Positions 42,357-52,253 of a stretch of DNA of 64,000 nucleotides are shown here, piece after piece (position 1 is the first letter of the stretch; each line of letters begins with the position of its first letter). Source of the stretch: an uncultured Acidobacteriota bacterium (GTDB lineage: Bacteria > Acidobacteriota > UBA6911); the NCBI GenBank assembly GCA_963809485.1, contig CAWEJX010000001.1, positions 256,001 through 320,000 on the forward strand, written 5' to 3'. The notes under the pieces were generated by a model. The model worked only from the letters and a program-made list of their open reading frames with translations, was not told where the DNA came from and searched no databases. The translations under genes and the position numbers were made by a program.

Positions 42357-43208
42357 TTGAAAAGAATTATTATCACTGGAGATGATTTTGGCCTTGCACC
42401 GCCGGTCAACGAGGCGATCGCGCAAGCGCATCGCAACGGCGTCCTTACGGCCGCCAGCCTCATGGTGGCAGCGCCGCACGCACAGGATGCGATCGAGCGC
42501 GCCGGACAGCTCCGTTCCCTCAAGGTAGGCCTGCACCTTGTTCTGGTGGAGGGACAACCGGTTCTCGATCCCAGGCAGATTCCGGACCTGGTCGATTCCC
42601 GCGGGATGTTTTCGGCGCACCTTGCGCGTTCGGGCTTCAAATTCTTCTTCTATCGGGATATTCGAAGGCAGCTGGAGGCGGAGATACGCGCCCAATTCGA
42701 GGCATTTCGTCAAACAGGCCTGCCCCTCGATCATGTGAATGCCCATAACCATATGCACCTGCACCCGACGGTGTTGCGGCTGATCTTAAAAGTGGGACGG
42801 GACTACGGACTAAGGGCAGTCCGGCTGCCCAACGAGCCGCCCATAAGATCCTGGAAAGCTTCGGGGAAATCCCTGCAATCCAGGCTAGCTTCCTGGATTT
42901 TTCTTTACCCCTGGATGCATCTCATGAAACGCATGCTCCGACGGGCCGGCGTGCGTCACAACGACTTTATTTTTGGGATGGCGGACAGCGGATCCGTCAC
43001 GCTGGATCTGGCGCTCGGATTTCTTCGAAACCTTCCCGATGGGGTCACGGAAATATATTTCCATCCGGCCACGCGGCGTTGCGTGGAAATCGATTCCACA
43101 ATGCCGGACTACCGGCACGAGGACGAATTTCGAGCCCTGACCAGCGGGCTTTTACTTGATGCGCTGCGCACGGCTGGAATCCGGGAGATCGCATTCAGCG
43201 ACATCTGA
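42357..43208 (+). CDS. hpnK: Hopanoid-biosynthesis-associated YdjC-family deacetylase
   Basis: IITGDDFG, AHRNGVLTAASLMV, VGLHLVLVEG, EIRAQFEAF..TGLPLDHVNAHNHMHLHP and EIYFHP. Confidence 0.88.
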   Translation: MKRIIITGDDFGLAPPVNEAIAQAHRNGVLTAASLMVAAPHAQDAIERAGQLRSLKVGLHLVLVEGQPVLDPRQIPDLVDSRGMFSAHLARSGFKFFFYRDIRRQLEAEIRAQFEAFRQTGLPLDHVNAHNHMHLHPTVLRLILKVGRDYGLRAVRLPNEPPIRSWKASGKSLQSRLASWIFLYPWMHLMKRMLRRAGVRHNDFIFGMADSGSVTLDLALGFLRNLPDGVTEIYFHPATRRCVEIDSTMPDYRHEDEFRALTSGLLLDALRTAGIREIAFSDI

Positions 43209-43226
43209 CGGGGACTGGGGGTAACA

Positions 43227-43610
43227 ATGCTGAGAGTCGTAATTGCTATGACCATAGCCGCGGCATCCGCGGCTTTCGGTCAAATTCTTGTCAGGCGCGG
43301 GATGCTGCAGGTCGGCAGTCTGGAGAACTACGCTCCCTGGCCTTTGCTGACCTATTTCTGGCATGCCTTGTGCAATCCCTATGTTATAGGGGGAACCGTC
43401 CTGAACGCGCTGTTTTATTTTCTTTTCCTGGCGGCCCTGTCATGGACCGGAGTCACGGTGGCGCTGCCCATGACGGCTATCGAATACGGATTCGCAGCGC
43501 TCATGGCAGTGATGATATTAAAAGAGAGCGTGCCTCCGGCCCGCTGGATCGGGATTGTACTGGTCATGGTTGGAGTTATACTCATTGCTCGTGGCGGCGG
43601 GGATACTTAG
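43227..43610 (+). CDS. Small EamA/DMT-family transporter (ArnE/F flippase-like size)
   Basis: 127 aa, 4 TM helices, LKESV...RWIGIVLVMVGVILI. Confidence 0.85.
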   Translation: MLRVVIAMTIAAASAAFGQILVRRGMLQVGSLENYAPWPLLTYFWHALCNPYVIGGTVLNALFYFLFLAALSWTGVTVALPMTAIEYGFAALMAVMILKESVPPARWIGIVLVMVGVILIARGGGDT

Positions 43611-43723
43611 CAGGCTTCAAGAGGTCTGCGTCCGCTTCGCTCCATCGGCCCCGAGGCCGTGCAGGGGCGGGCACAAGAGTACGGGGCAAGCAGGTTGTTT
43701 TTGAGTTACTGAAAGGACTATTC

Positions 43724-44839
43724 ATGATTCAGGTTCCTGCAGCAAAAATTCAGTTTGTGCCCGAAGACAGAATGTGGATTGCGGAACGAATCCAGGAAGT
43801 CCTGGCAACCGGCCAGCTGACTCTCGGCAAGTACGGCGCTCAGTTTGAAGAAGAATTCGCGCGTCTTTGCGGGGTCCGCCACGCCATTGCGGTGAACAGC
43901 GGAACCAGCGCTCTGGAGATAATTCTCCGATCGATTGGAATTGAGGGCCGGGATGTGATTGTCCCCACCAACACCTTTTTTGCCACGGCGGCGGCGGTCG
44001 TGCATGCCGGCGGTTTTCCCGTGCTGGTCGACATGGATCCGGCATCCTTTTCCCTGCATCCGGAGACCGTGGAGCGCTGCCTGACGCCTAAAACCGCAGG
44101 GATGGTAGTCGTGCATATCGGCGGTATCATCTCCGCTCAGATGACGGCACTTCAGGACCTCGCCCGAAGGAGGAATCTCTGGCTGGTCGAGGATGCAGCT
44201 CATGCGCATGGATCTTCACTCGGTTCCGTAAGCGCAGGCGCTTTTGGAATTGCCGGTTCTTTCAGCTTTTATCCCACCAAGGTCATGACGTCTGCCGAGG
44301 GCGGCATGATCGTGACCAACGACGACGCCATCTCAAAAGAATCCCGGATATACCGCGATCAGGGCAAGGCAAGCTTCACGGTGAACGCCCATGTGCGCAT
44401 GGGCTACAACTGGCGCATGTCCGAGCCCCATGCAATCATAGGCCTCAGGCATCTGCAGCGCCTGCGAGCCATGATCGCCGACAGGCAGGCTATCGCTGCC
44501 GTTTATGACAAAGGGCTGGCGGATCTTGAAAATCTTTACCCGCTCCGGATCCCTCCGGATGGGATTTGTAATTATTACAAATATATAGCCGTTCTTCGCC
44601 GGAGGCTTGATCGCAGGCAATTGAAGGCCAATCTTCGGGAACGGCATGGCGTTTCCCTGGCAGGAGAAGTCTACGAAGAACCGCTTCACAAGCAACCGGT
44701 GTTTGAAAAATACGCTCCGGGCTCCCTGCCTGTTGCAGAGGATCTTTGTTCCAGGCACATCTGCCTGCCCGTCTTCTCCGGGATGCAGGAATCCGAAGCT
44801 TTTCAGGTGCTCCGGGCACTGAAGGAAGCTGTCGGGTAA
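43724..44839 (+). CDS. DegT/DnrJ/EryC1/StrS-family PLP-dependent sugar aminotransferase
   Basis: NSGTSAL, VEDAAHAHG, SFYPTKVMTSAEGGM and GYNWRM. Confidence 0.93.
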   Translation: MIQVPAAKIQFVPEDRMWIAERIQEVLATGQLTLGKYGAQFEEEFARLCGVRHAIAVNSGTSALEIILRSIGIEGRDVIVPTNTFFATAAAVVHAGGFPVLVDMDPASFSLHPETVERCLTPKTAGMVVVHIGGIISAQMTALQDLARRRNLWLVEDAAHAHGSSLGSVSAGAFGIAGSFSFYPTKVMTSAEGGMIVTNDDAISKESRIYRDQGKASFTVNAHVRMGYNWRMSEPHAIIGLRHLQRLRAMIADRQAIAAVYDKGLADLENLYPLRIPPDGICNYYKYIAVLRRRLDRRQLKANLRERHGVSLAGEVYEEPLHKQPVFEKYAPGSLPVAEDLCSRHICLPVFSGMQESEAFQVLRALKEAVG

Positions 44840-44980
44840 ACCGCATAGGATTGACGATTTGCCCTTGAGGACGGACGATTTCAAGCATGCATCTGGAGGC
44901 GGAGTTCCATGAAAATCCGTGCAATTTGAACCAGGGATGCATTAACAGCGGCGCAGCGCGATTGAAGAGACAATGAAAAC

Positions 44981-45793
44981 ATGCATAGAAAGATTGCAGA
45001 TATAACGAAGCTCGAGAACCTGGTGGAACGATTGAGAGGGGACGGCGGATGCCCGTGGGACAAAGAACAGACGCGGGAAACTCTGAAACCGATGCTGATT
45101 GAAGAAGCCTACGAAGTGCTTGACGCACTCGACTCCGAGAACCCGGCGGAGCTTAAAGAGGAGCTGGGAGACCTGCTTTTTCAGGTCGTATTTCACGCTC
45201 AGATCGCCGGGGAACGCAACGAATTTGACCTGGCCGACGTCATAGATCGTTCCCATGAAAAAATGGTCCGGCGGCACCCGCACATTTTCGGGGACGCCGA
45301 TCTGCCGACAGCTGTGGATGTGCTTAAGAATTGGGAGGATATCAAAGCGGCGGAAAAAGGAGTTTTGTCCGCCGCGCATCCGGAATCGGAACGATCCCTT
45401 CTGGATGGGATACCCTCAAAACTGCCGGCTTTGCACCGGGCGTACCAGATGACGGCCAAAGCGTCCAGGGTAGGCTTCGATTGGGCTCATCTCGAGGACA
45501 TACTGTTGAAATTGCGGGAGGAGTCCTCGGAGCTGCTGGAAGCTCAATCCAGGCGGGATGCGCAAAAAATAGCGGATGAAGTCGGCGATCTACTTTTTGT
45601 GGCGGTCAACGCTGCCCGTTTTCTGGGTGTAGATCCCGAAACTGCACTCAGGCACAGCAATGATAAGTTTTCCCGCCGCTTCCGGTTTGTTGAATCCTCC
45701 ATCAAGCGCCAGGGGCGGGATATGAAAAGCGCCTCGCTCTCCGAGATGGATGCGCTCTGGGACGAAGCCAAAAATGCCGAGGCCGGCCGCTAG
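44981..45793 (+). CDS. mazG: Nucleoside triphosphate pyrophosphohydrolase MazG
   Basis: GCPWDKEQT, EEAYEV, EELGDLLFQ, RRHPHIF and GFDW; two MazG domains. Confidence 0.96.
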   Translation: MHRKIADITKLENLVERLRGDGGCPWDKEQTRETLKPMLIEEAYEVLDALDSENPAELKEELGDLLFQVVFHAQIAGERNEFDLADVIDRSHEKMVRRHPHIFGDADLPTAVDVLKNWEDIKAAEKGVLSAAHPESERSLLDGIPSKLPALHRAYQMTAKASRVGFDWAHLEDILLKLREESSELLEAQSRRDAQKIADEVGDLLFVAVNAARFLGVDPETALRHSNDKFSRRFRFVESSIKRQGRDMKSASLSEMDALWDEAKNAEAGR

Positions 45794-45935
45794 CCCGAAT
45801 CTCTCACGGGATTTTCCTTAGGAGTTCGTATCGGGGCATTTCTTTTGCGGCTGCAGGTTGGAGCTTGCAGGTTCAGGCCTTTATCCTGCAAGCTTCCGCC
45901 TTCAATCGCAAGTGTCCGGGCCCGCATGAACCGCG

Positions 45936-47957
45936 TCAGGTAACAATGTTGAAATGCTCGATATGGAGCGTTGGATCTGCTTTGATGATGACATCCCTGT
46001 TCAAAAGGTGGCGGATTTCCTCCATCACCATTGACTCGGATTCCCGCAGCGCCCGCGCCACATCCGGGTGAACCCGGACCATCAGTTCCGAGCGGTCGTC
46101 CATGTAGTTCCGCATTTTTTCGATTTCGTGGTAAATGCTGCAGCACGTCGTGGCAACCGACTTGACCATTCCGGAGCCGGTGCAATACGGGCATGGCTGG
46201 CACAGTGTGCGTTCCAGGGATTGTTTGACTCTTTTGCGCGTGATGGCGACCAGCCCGAATTCGTTGAACTCCAGGATCTTGCTTGGTGATTTGTCTCGCG
46301 TGATTTCCTCCGACAACGCCTCCATCACCCGCTTGCGATTCTTGCGTTCGTCCATGTCGATGAAGTCGATCACGATGATTCCCCCGAGGTCTCGCAGCCT
46401 GATCTGGCGGACAATTTCCTTGACTGCCTCGATATTCGTTCGGGTGATCGTTTCCTCGAGGCTGTTCCCGCGGCCGACAAACTTGCCTGTATTGATATCG
46501 ATGCTGACAAGAGCTTCGGTCTGGTTGATTACGATGTAACCGCCGGACTTCAGCCAGATCTTCGACTGAAGCAGCTTGTCAATCTCCGGAGAGATTCCGT
46601 ATTCATCAAAAATCGGGTTCTCCTTGGTATACAGCTTGACCCGGTGGACCAGATTGGGATAAATCTTGTCGACGAATTCCACCACGCGCTGATATTCCGT
46701 CTCATCATCAACCCGAACGGCAGCGAATTCGAATGAGAACTGGTCCCGAAGCAGTCTCTGGACAAGGTTCATTTCGGCATGAATCATCGCCGGAGCCGAG
46801 ACTTCTTCCGCCCGCGCATGCATGTCTTCCCAGAGCCTGACGAGGAAATGAAGGTCGTTCACAAGATCTTCCTCGCTATGTTCCTCTGCGGCGGTCCGTA
46901 CGATGACTCCACCGGGAAAAATGTCGCGGTGCTTCAGAATTATGTCTTTCAACCTTGTTCTTTCGGCATCTGAACCGATCTTGCGCGAGACGCCTATATG
47001 CTCCACCGTGGGCATATAAACCAGATAGCGTCCGGGCAGGGCGATGTGGCTGGTGACTCGTGCGCCCTTCTTGCCGATGGGCTCCTTTGCGACCTGGACC
47101 AGAACCTCCTGCCCCTCGCGCAGCATATCGTCGATGGACTGGTGCTCGGTTCGGGGTGTGTGCCGGGCCACCGTATAGCGTTTGCGTCGCGTCGCGGCGC
47201 CGCGGCGGCGTGCGAAGGATACCTTGGAATTCTCCTGGTCGGCTGCAAACGGCAGCCTGTCGGCGTCATCCCGTATCGATGCAGAATCCAGCGGAGCCGC
47301 ATCAGATTCGGAGGAGTTCGCTTCAAAAGCAACCAGGCCAGGCGGATCAGGAGATTCCGGCTGTTCGGTTGTGCCGGGGAGCGCAGACATATCGGGAGCT
47401 TCGCCTGTCGGGGTCTCCGAACCGGAAGCCGGGTATTCAGGACGGATCGAGGGTGTATAAAGGCCATCCGACTCCAGGTGCGATTCGACTTCAACCTCTG
47501 TATCCGCACTGATATTCCAGCGCTCCAAAGGCGCGCCTGGAATTCCTTCGGCCTGAGCCACCTGCGCATTCGCGCTCCGGGAAGTTTCGGCACGATCCCG
47601 GCGCTCCCGCCAGCGGCTGCGCTCTGTTTTCCGGTCCCGGCGCTGCGGGCGCTCCTGAGGCTCCGCTTCGGTAATCGCGTTAGCCATTTGTTCTTCGGCT
47701 GCGGTGTAAACCTGATCACACTCTTCGGTGTCCTCCAGAAAATCCGAAACATAAAGGAAGGCATCCTTTTCCAGGCCGATGTTCACGAAGGCCGATTGCA
47801 TCCCGGGCAGAACTTTGGTGACCTTCCCTTTATAGGTATTCGCCAGAATACTTCGATTGCGGTTGCGCTCAATATAGAGTTCGGCCAGCTGGTCGTCCTC
47901 CAATATGGCGACTTTGGTCTCCAGCGCTGTGCTGGAAACAATCATTTCTTTTATCAT
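45936..47957 (-). CDS. Ribonuclease E/G family with a large low-complexity insertion in the S1 domain
   Basis: YKGKVTKVLPGMQSAFVNIG, VQVAKEPIGKKGARVT, IDINTG, RLRDLGGIIVIDFIDM and CPYC. Confidence 0.96.
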   Translation of the reverse strand: MIKEMIVSSTALETKVAILEDDQLAELYIERNRNRSILANTYKGKVTKVLPGMQSAFVNIGLEKDAFLYVSDFLEDTEECDQVYTAAEEQMANAITEAEPQERPQRRDRKTERSRWRERRDRAETSRSANAQVAQAEGIPGAPLERWNISADTEVEVESHLESDGLYTPSIRPEYPASGSETPTGEAPDMSALPGTTEQPESPDPPGLVAFEANSSESDAAPLDSASIRDDADRLPFAADQENSKVSFARRRGAATRRKRYTVARHTPRTEHQSIDDMLREGQEVLVQVAKEPIGKKGARVTSHIALPGRYLVYMPTVEHIGVSRKIGSDAERTRLKDIILKHRDIFPGGVIVRTAAEEHSEEDLVNDLHFLVRLWEDMHARAEEVSAPAMIHAEMNLVQRLLRDQFSFEFAAVRVDDETEYQRVVEFVDKIYPNLVHRVKLYTKENPIFDEYGISPEIDKLLQSKIWLKSGGYIVINQTEALVSIDINTGKFVGRGNSLEETITRTNIEAVKEIVRQIRLRDLGGIIVIDFIDMDERKNRKRVMEALSEEITRDKSPSKILEFNEFGLVAITRKRVKQSLERTLCQPCPYCTGSGMVKSVATTCCSIYHEIEKMRNYMDDRSELMVRVHPDVARALRESESMVMEEIRHLLNRDVIIKADPTLHIEHFNIVT

Positions 47958-48607
47958 TTAAATACTCCGATTTTCCGAATGAAGGGCGCAACAGGATGGA
48001 GATGTGAGAGAGAAAAAGGATCAAAAGAGATGGCTCGGATCAGGGGCCATCCTTAGTCTGTCTCTTGGACGCAAGCACCAAACTTGTCAGATCCGCTTTT
48101 TCGGGGAAAACACATTGGGTCGGGCGAAAGCCCGCTAACCATACCTCGTGTATTCAGCAATTCGAATGCCCAAGAAACCGCATTCCTATGGACGCCATGC
48201 GCCCCGGTAACGCCAAAAATCCCGCATCAAATCCCGTTTCATCAATGACTGGCACCCGATACCATCGAGTCGCGACCGGCCATGCATAATTAGTTTCAAA
48301 ACTCTTTAAAAATATCCTCATAATGACGGTTTGCCGGATCATGGTTGCTTCCGGCCTGAACCTGTAATGGTAAATGGGTTACAGCCTTAATTCAAGCATA
48401 TCTCCCAGGCATTTGCCATTCAGGGGATCCCTTTTCCGTGCGGCTTCCCTCTCGGGACAATCCCGGCGAGCATTCCCGGGATCCTGTGCAAAATCAGTGG
48501 AGCCGGAAGCCAGGCGCCCTGAATGCTCCCGCTCACGGCTTCTTGCCTTCAGCTCGAGCAACACTCATGAAGCCCGGCTGTCAACGGCCGGTACTAACCG
48601 CTGCGGA

Positions 48608-49702
48608 TCAATTCACATAACGCCGCATCCTTACGCTCATGCATAGGCTCATTGCGGCAAAGTACGATATGAGAGACGAACCACCGGCACTGACCATAGG
48701 CAGAGGGATTCCGGCGATTGGGAGCAGTCCCACCACCATGCCGATGTTGATCGCCACATGGAAAAGCAGCAAAGCCAGAACTCCGACCACGATCAGAGTG
48801 CCGACCTTATCCTTGGCTTCCCGGGCGGCCCGGAACAGCCGGAAGGACACGAAAAGAAAGAGGCCAAGAATAGTAATGCTGCCTATAAAGCCCTTCTCTT
48901 CTGACAGAACAGCAAAGACAAAATCGGTATGCCTGGCAGGCAAAAAGCCAAGATTGCCCTGAGATCCCTGCTTGAAGCCTTTTCCAAGGAACCTTCCCGA
49001 ACCGACCGCAATCTCCGATTGGATTGTCTGATATCCGAGACGATGGGGATCGCTGGAGGGATTGAGCACGGTTTCAATCCGCCCTTTCTGATATCCTCGG
49101 AGCAGAAACCAGGCAGGCGGAGCGGCAACGGCGACGATAATGAGCAGTGCCACAATATGCTTCCGGCGGATCCCGGCCAGGCAGGAAAGTACGGCATAAA
49201 TCGGGAGAAAGGTAACCGCGGTTCCCAGATCTCCCTGAAGAATCACCAGGAACGCCGGAACAAACACGATCAACCCGCCTAGCAGCAGCTCACGGATGCC
49301 GAGATAATCCTGTTCCAGCTCCGAGTAATACCTGGCCACCGCGAGAATCACCAGCAATTTCATAATTTCGGAAGGCTGGAAAGTGAAGATGCCCACGTCA
49401 ATCCAGCTCTTGTTGCTGTGGATGCTGCGGCCGATGATCAGAACCAGGACAAGAATCGCCAATCCGGTGCCATATATGAAACCTATGAAGTCGGTAAAAA
49501 TGTGATAGTCGAAATAGAGCAACGCTATAAAAGCAAAAAGGCCAATGCACAGATAGACCAGCTGTTTCCCGAAATATGAGTTCAGGCTAGTGCCGTCTGT
49601 CGTGCTCCAGATTGCGACAATTCCAGCAGCGGACAGCGCGAGAAGCGCAAGGAACCATAGCCAGTCGAAGCTTAGCAATAGCCGCTGATCCGCCTTAATC
49701 AT
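48608..49702 (-). CDS. rodA: Rod shape-determining protein RodA (SEDS)
   Basis: QPSEIMK, QGDLGT, GYQTIQS.IAVGSG, HTDFVF..EE.GF and GIPLPMVSAGGSS. Confidence 0.96.
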   Translation of the reverse strand: MIKADQRLLLSFDWLWFLALLALSAAGIVAIWSTTDGTSLNSYFGKQLVYLCIGLFAFIALLYFDYHIFTDFIGFIYGTGLAILVLVLIIGRSIHSNKSWIDVGIFTFQPSEIMKLLVILAVARYYSELEQDYLGIRELLLGGLIVFVPAFLVILQGDLGTAVTFLPIYAVLSCLAGIRRKHIVALLIIVAVAAPPAWFLLRGYQKGRIETVLNPSSDPHRLGYQTIQSEIAVGSGRFLGKGFKQGSQGNLGFLPARHTDFVFAVLSEEKGFIGSITILGLFLFVSFRLFRAAREAKDKVGTLIVVGVLALLLFHVAINIGMVVGLLPIAGIPLPMVSAGGSSLISYFAAMSLCMSVRMRRYVN

Positions 49703-49705
49703 GAC

Positions 49706-51580
49706 TCAATCCACCGTGCCGGAAAGCATTCCGGACGAGCCGGCCTCTGGAAGCCCGGAGTCTGCAATCTGGACACCTGGCATCGTTCTCCCCTTGTGTT
49801 TTTCAAAATATGCGGCGAAGATCTGTTTCGCCAAAGGTGCAGCAGTAACTCCTCCGAATCCCCCGTGTTCAACAAATGCGACTACGGCAATCTCCGGTTT
49901 GTCCCTGCTGGAGAAACCCGCAAACCACGAATGGTCCTCGATTTCCTCGCCTTTCTGCAGTTTACTGGATCTGCCCACGACCTGGACGGTCCCGGTCTTG
50001 CCGCATATGTCCATGCCGGGGATTGCCGCGTTGTGCCCCGTACCCCAATTGTTGACGCTTGCCCACATCCCATCACGGATTCTGCGCGCGTTGTTCTCGC
50101 CGATCGGAATATTGCGCACCGGCCATTTCGTTTCATTCCCGGGATTGGTTTCAGCGCGCAAAAATACATGGGGCGTAGTCAGCAGGCCCCCTGTCGCGAT
50201 GGCGCTTACGGCGCGAAGGATCTGCAGCGGCGTTGTGCTGACCGCTCCCTGCCCGATGGAGACTGAGATGGTTTCCCCCGGATACCATTTCGCCCGGCGA
50301 TTCTGCATCTTCCACTCGGGACTGGGCATCACGCCGCTGCGCTCCCCCGGCAGATCCACGCCGGTCCGTTCGCCCAATCCCAGGGCCTGCGCATGTTCAG
50401 CTATCTTGGAGATCCCCAGTCGTTTACCCAGTTCATAGAAAAAAATATTGCACGATTTTGAGATTGCTTCTTCCAGGCGCAACGAACCGTGGCCCCGGCC
50501 GCCATGGCAGTGAAAAACCCGTCCATAATAGGAAACAGTTCCCTTGCAAAGCACCGCCGGATCGTTATCCAGCAGCCCTTCTTCGAGCCCCGCATCCGCC
50601 ATTATGAGCTTGAAGATGGAGCCCGGGGAGTAGCTGTTCTGGATAGCCCGGTTCTGCATGGGGCGATCGCGGTGATTGACTAATGCGCCCCATTCCTTTT
50701 CCGAAATGTGCGTCGAAAAGGCGTTCGGATCGAAAGATGGCGAACTGGCCATCACCAGGATTTCACCGTTTCGCGGATCCATGGCGACAATCGCGCCAAC
50801 CTTATCTTGCAGGGCTGCCTCGGCAGCCAGCTGCAGATCCAGATCGATCGTCAGAAGCAGCTCCGCGCCCATAGTAGGATCCGTCTCGTTCACAAAACCG
50901 ACTTCCCGGCCCATGCTGTCAACCAGAACCTGGCGTTCTCCATCCTGCCCGGTCAGGATCCGGTTGTAGGTTCGCTCAACTCCGCTTTGTCCGACGATCG
51001 AGCCGGATTTTGCGCCGGGTATGGCATTGCTTTTGAGCTCCTGTTCGGAGATTTCGCCGACATATCCCAGGAGATGGGCCGCAACCTTGCCATAATGGTA
51101 CAGGCGGCGGGGCTCAGGGCCCAACTGAATCTCCGGATGATCCCTGCGGTGCGCCTCTATGATGGAGATATCCTCCATGCCGGCATCTTCTTTTATAACG
51201 ATTGGACGATAGAGGCCGCTGCTTTTGCTGCGGCTGAGCATATTTGCCAGATCCTGAGGCTCGATGCCCAGTTTTTCAGTCAGGAACCGCGTCGTCGCAT
51301 CCGGATCTTTTATTGCTTCCCGGTAGAGGAGCACATCGAAAGAGGATCGGTTTTCTGCCAAAGGCGTTCCATTTCGGTCCGCGATTGTGCCTCGGGGAGC
51401 GACAAGTTCAATTGTCCGGATCCGGTTGTGCTCTGCCTTGCGCGCATATTCGGATCCCTGAATGATCTGGAGTTGCCAGAGCCTTGCCGCGAGGATCAGA
51501 AAAATCAGTAGAACCGGGATGCGGAAAAATACCAGCCGTTGCTGGATCAGTTGTCTGTTGGATTCCTGCTGCAGTACCAA
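49706..51580 (-). CDS. mrdA: Penicillin-binding protein 2
   Basis: APRG.I.DRNG, PGSIFK (SxxK), SCN (SxN) and KTGT; lies in the mre operon. Confidence 0.96.
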   Translation of the reverse strand: MVLQQESNRQLIQQRLVFFRIPVLLIFLILAARLWQLQIIQGSEYARKAEHNRIRTIELVAPRGTIADRNGTPLAENRSSFDVLLYREAIKDPDATTRFLTEKLGIEPQDLANMLSRSKSSGLYRPIVIKEDAGMEDISIIEAHRRDHPEIQLGPEPRRLYHYGKVAAHLLGYVGEISEQELKSNAIPGAKSGSIVGQSGVERTYNRILTGQDGERQVLVDSMGREVGFVNETDPTMGAELLLTIDLDLQLAAEAALQDKVGAIVAMDPRNGEILVMASSPSFDPNAFSTHISEKEWGALVNHRDRPMQNRAIQNSYSPGSIFKLIMADAGLEEGLLDNDPAVLCKGTVSYYGRVFHCHGGRGHGSLRLEEAISKSCNIFFYELGKRLGISKIAEHAQALGLGERTGVDLPGERSGVMPSPEWKMQNRRAKWYPGETISVSIGQGAVSTTPLQILRAVSAIATGGLLTTPHVFLRAETNPGNETKWPVRNIPIGENNARRIRDGMWASVNNWGTGHNAAIPGMDICGKTGTVQVVGRSSKLQKGEEIEDHSWFAGFSSRDKPEIAVVAFVEHGGFGGVTAAPLAKQIFAAYFEKHKGRTMPGVQIADSGLPEAGSSGMLSGTVD

Positions 51581-51698
51581 TTTTCAGCTCATCATGTCCC
51601 GCCCGGAGATCATCCCGGGCACGGGCAAAAGTTGCAGGCATCGGGTTCGAGAGGCATAGAACAGCCGGAACGACGCCTTTACATTCCTGAACCGCCAC

Positions 51699-52187
51699 CT
51701 AGTGCGCTTTGTTCGCTTGGGTTCGCTTATAGGTTTCCAGGCCTGCAAAAAAGATAATGCCGACACCCGCGGTAATAAACGCCTGCACGATGGACGCGCC
51801 GAGGAAGATCCGTCCTGTGGTGCGCTGCATCAGCCAGAAAAGGAGGAACATGCTCAGCGAATTCAGGCAGGAAGAGACCGCGAGGATCGAAAAGCGCACC
51901 CAGGGTTGTTCCAGGGTATTGAACCTTTTCCAGCATTGGCCGATGAAAAAAGCAGCCAGAGTCTTGCCAAATCCATTGTAGCCGAGGGGCCAGCCCATGG
52001 CTGCGTCCAGAAGCAGTCCGGTCAGCGAACCCACGAAGATTGCCTGAATACGGCTGCGATAGATGGCCCAATAGGCGATAAGGATCAGGGACAAGTCCAG
52101 AAAATTGAAAAGGAAAAAGTTATTCCCCACAATCATCTGGGCGACGATAGCCAGGAATGACGACAATGCAAGAAACAAGTACTTCAT
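51699..52187 (-). CDS. mreD: Rod shape-determining protein MreD
   Basis: Hydrophobic 162-aa protein with GLLLDA, located between mreC and mrdA. Confidence 0.88.
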   Translation of the reverse strand: MKYLFLALSSFLAIVAQMIVGNNFFLFNFLDLSLILIAYWAIYRSRIQAIFVGSLTGLLLDAAMGWPLGYNGFGKTLAAFFIGQCWKRFNTLEQPWVRFSILAVSSCLNSLSMFLLFWLMQRTTGRIFLGASIVQAFITAGVGIIFFAGLETYKRTQANKAH

Positions 52188-52253
52188 GGCATCTAAAGTG
52201 CTTCAGGAACCCGGCATCCGAATGTTCCCGAGGCTTTGACATATGCGCCGGAT

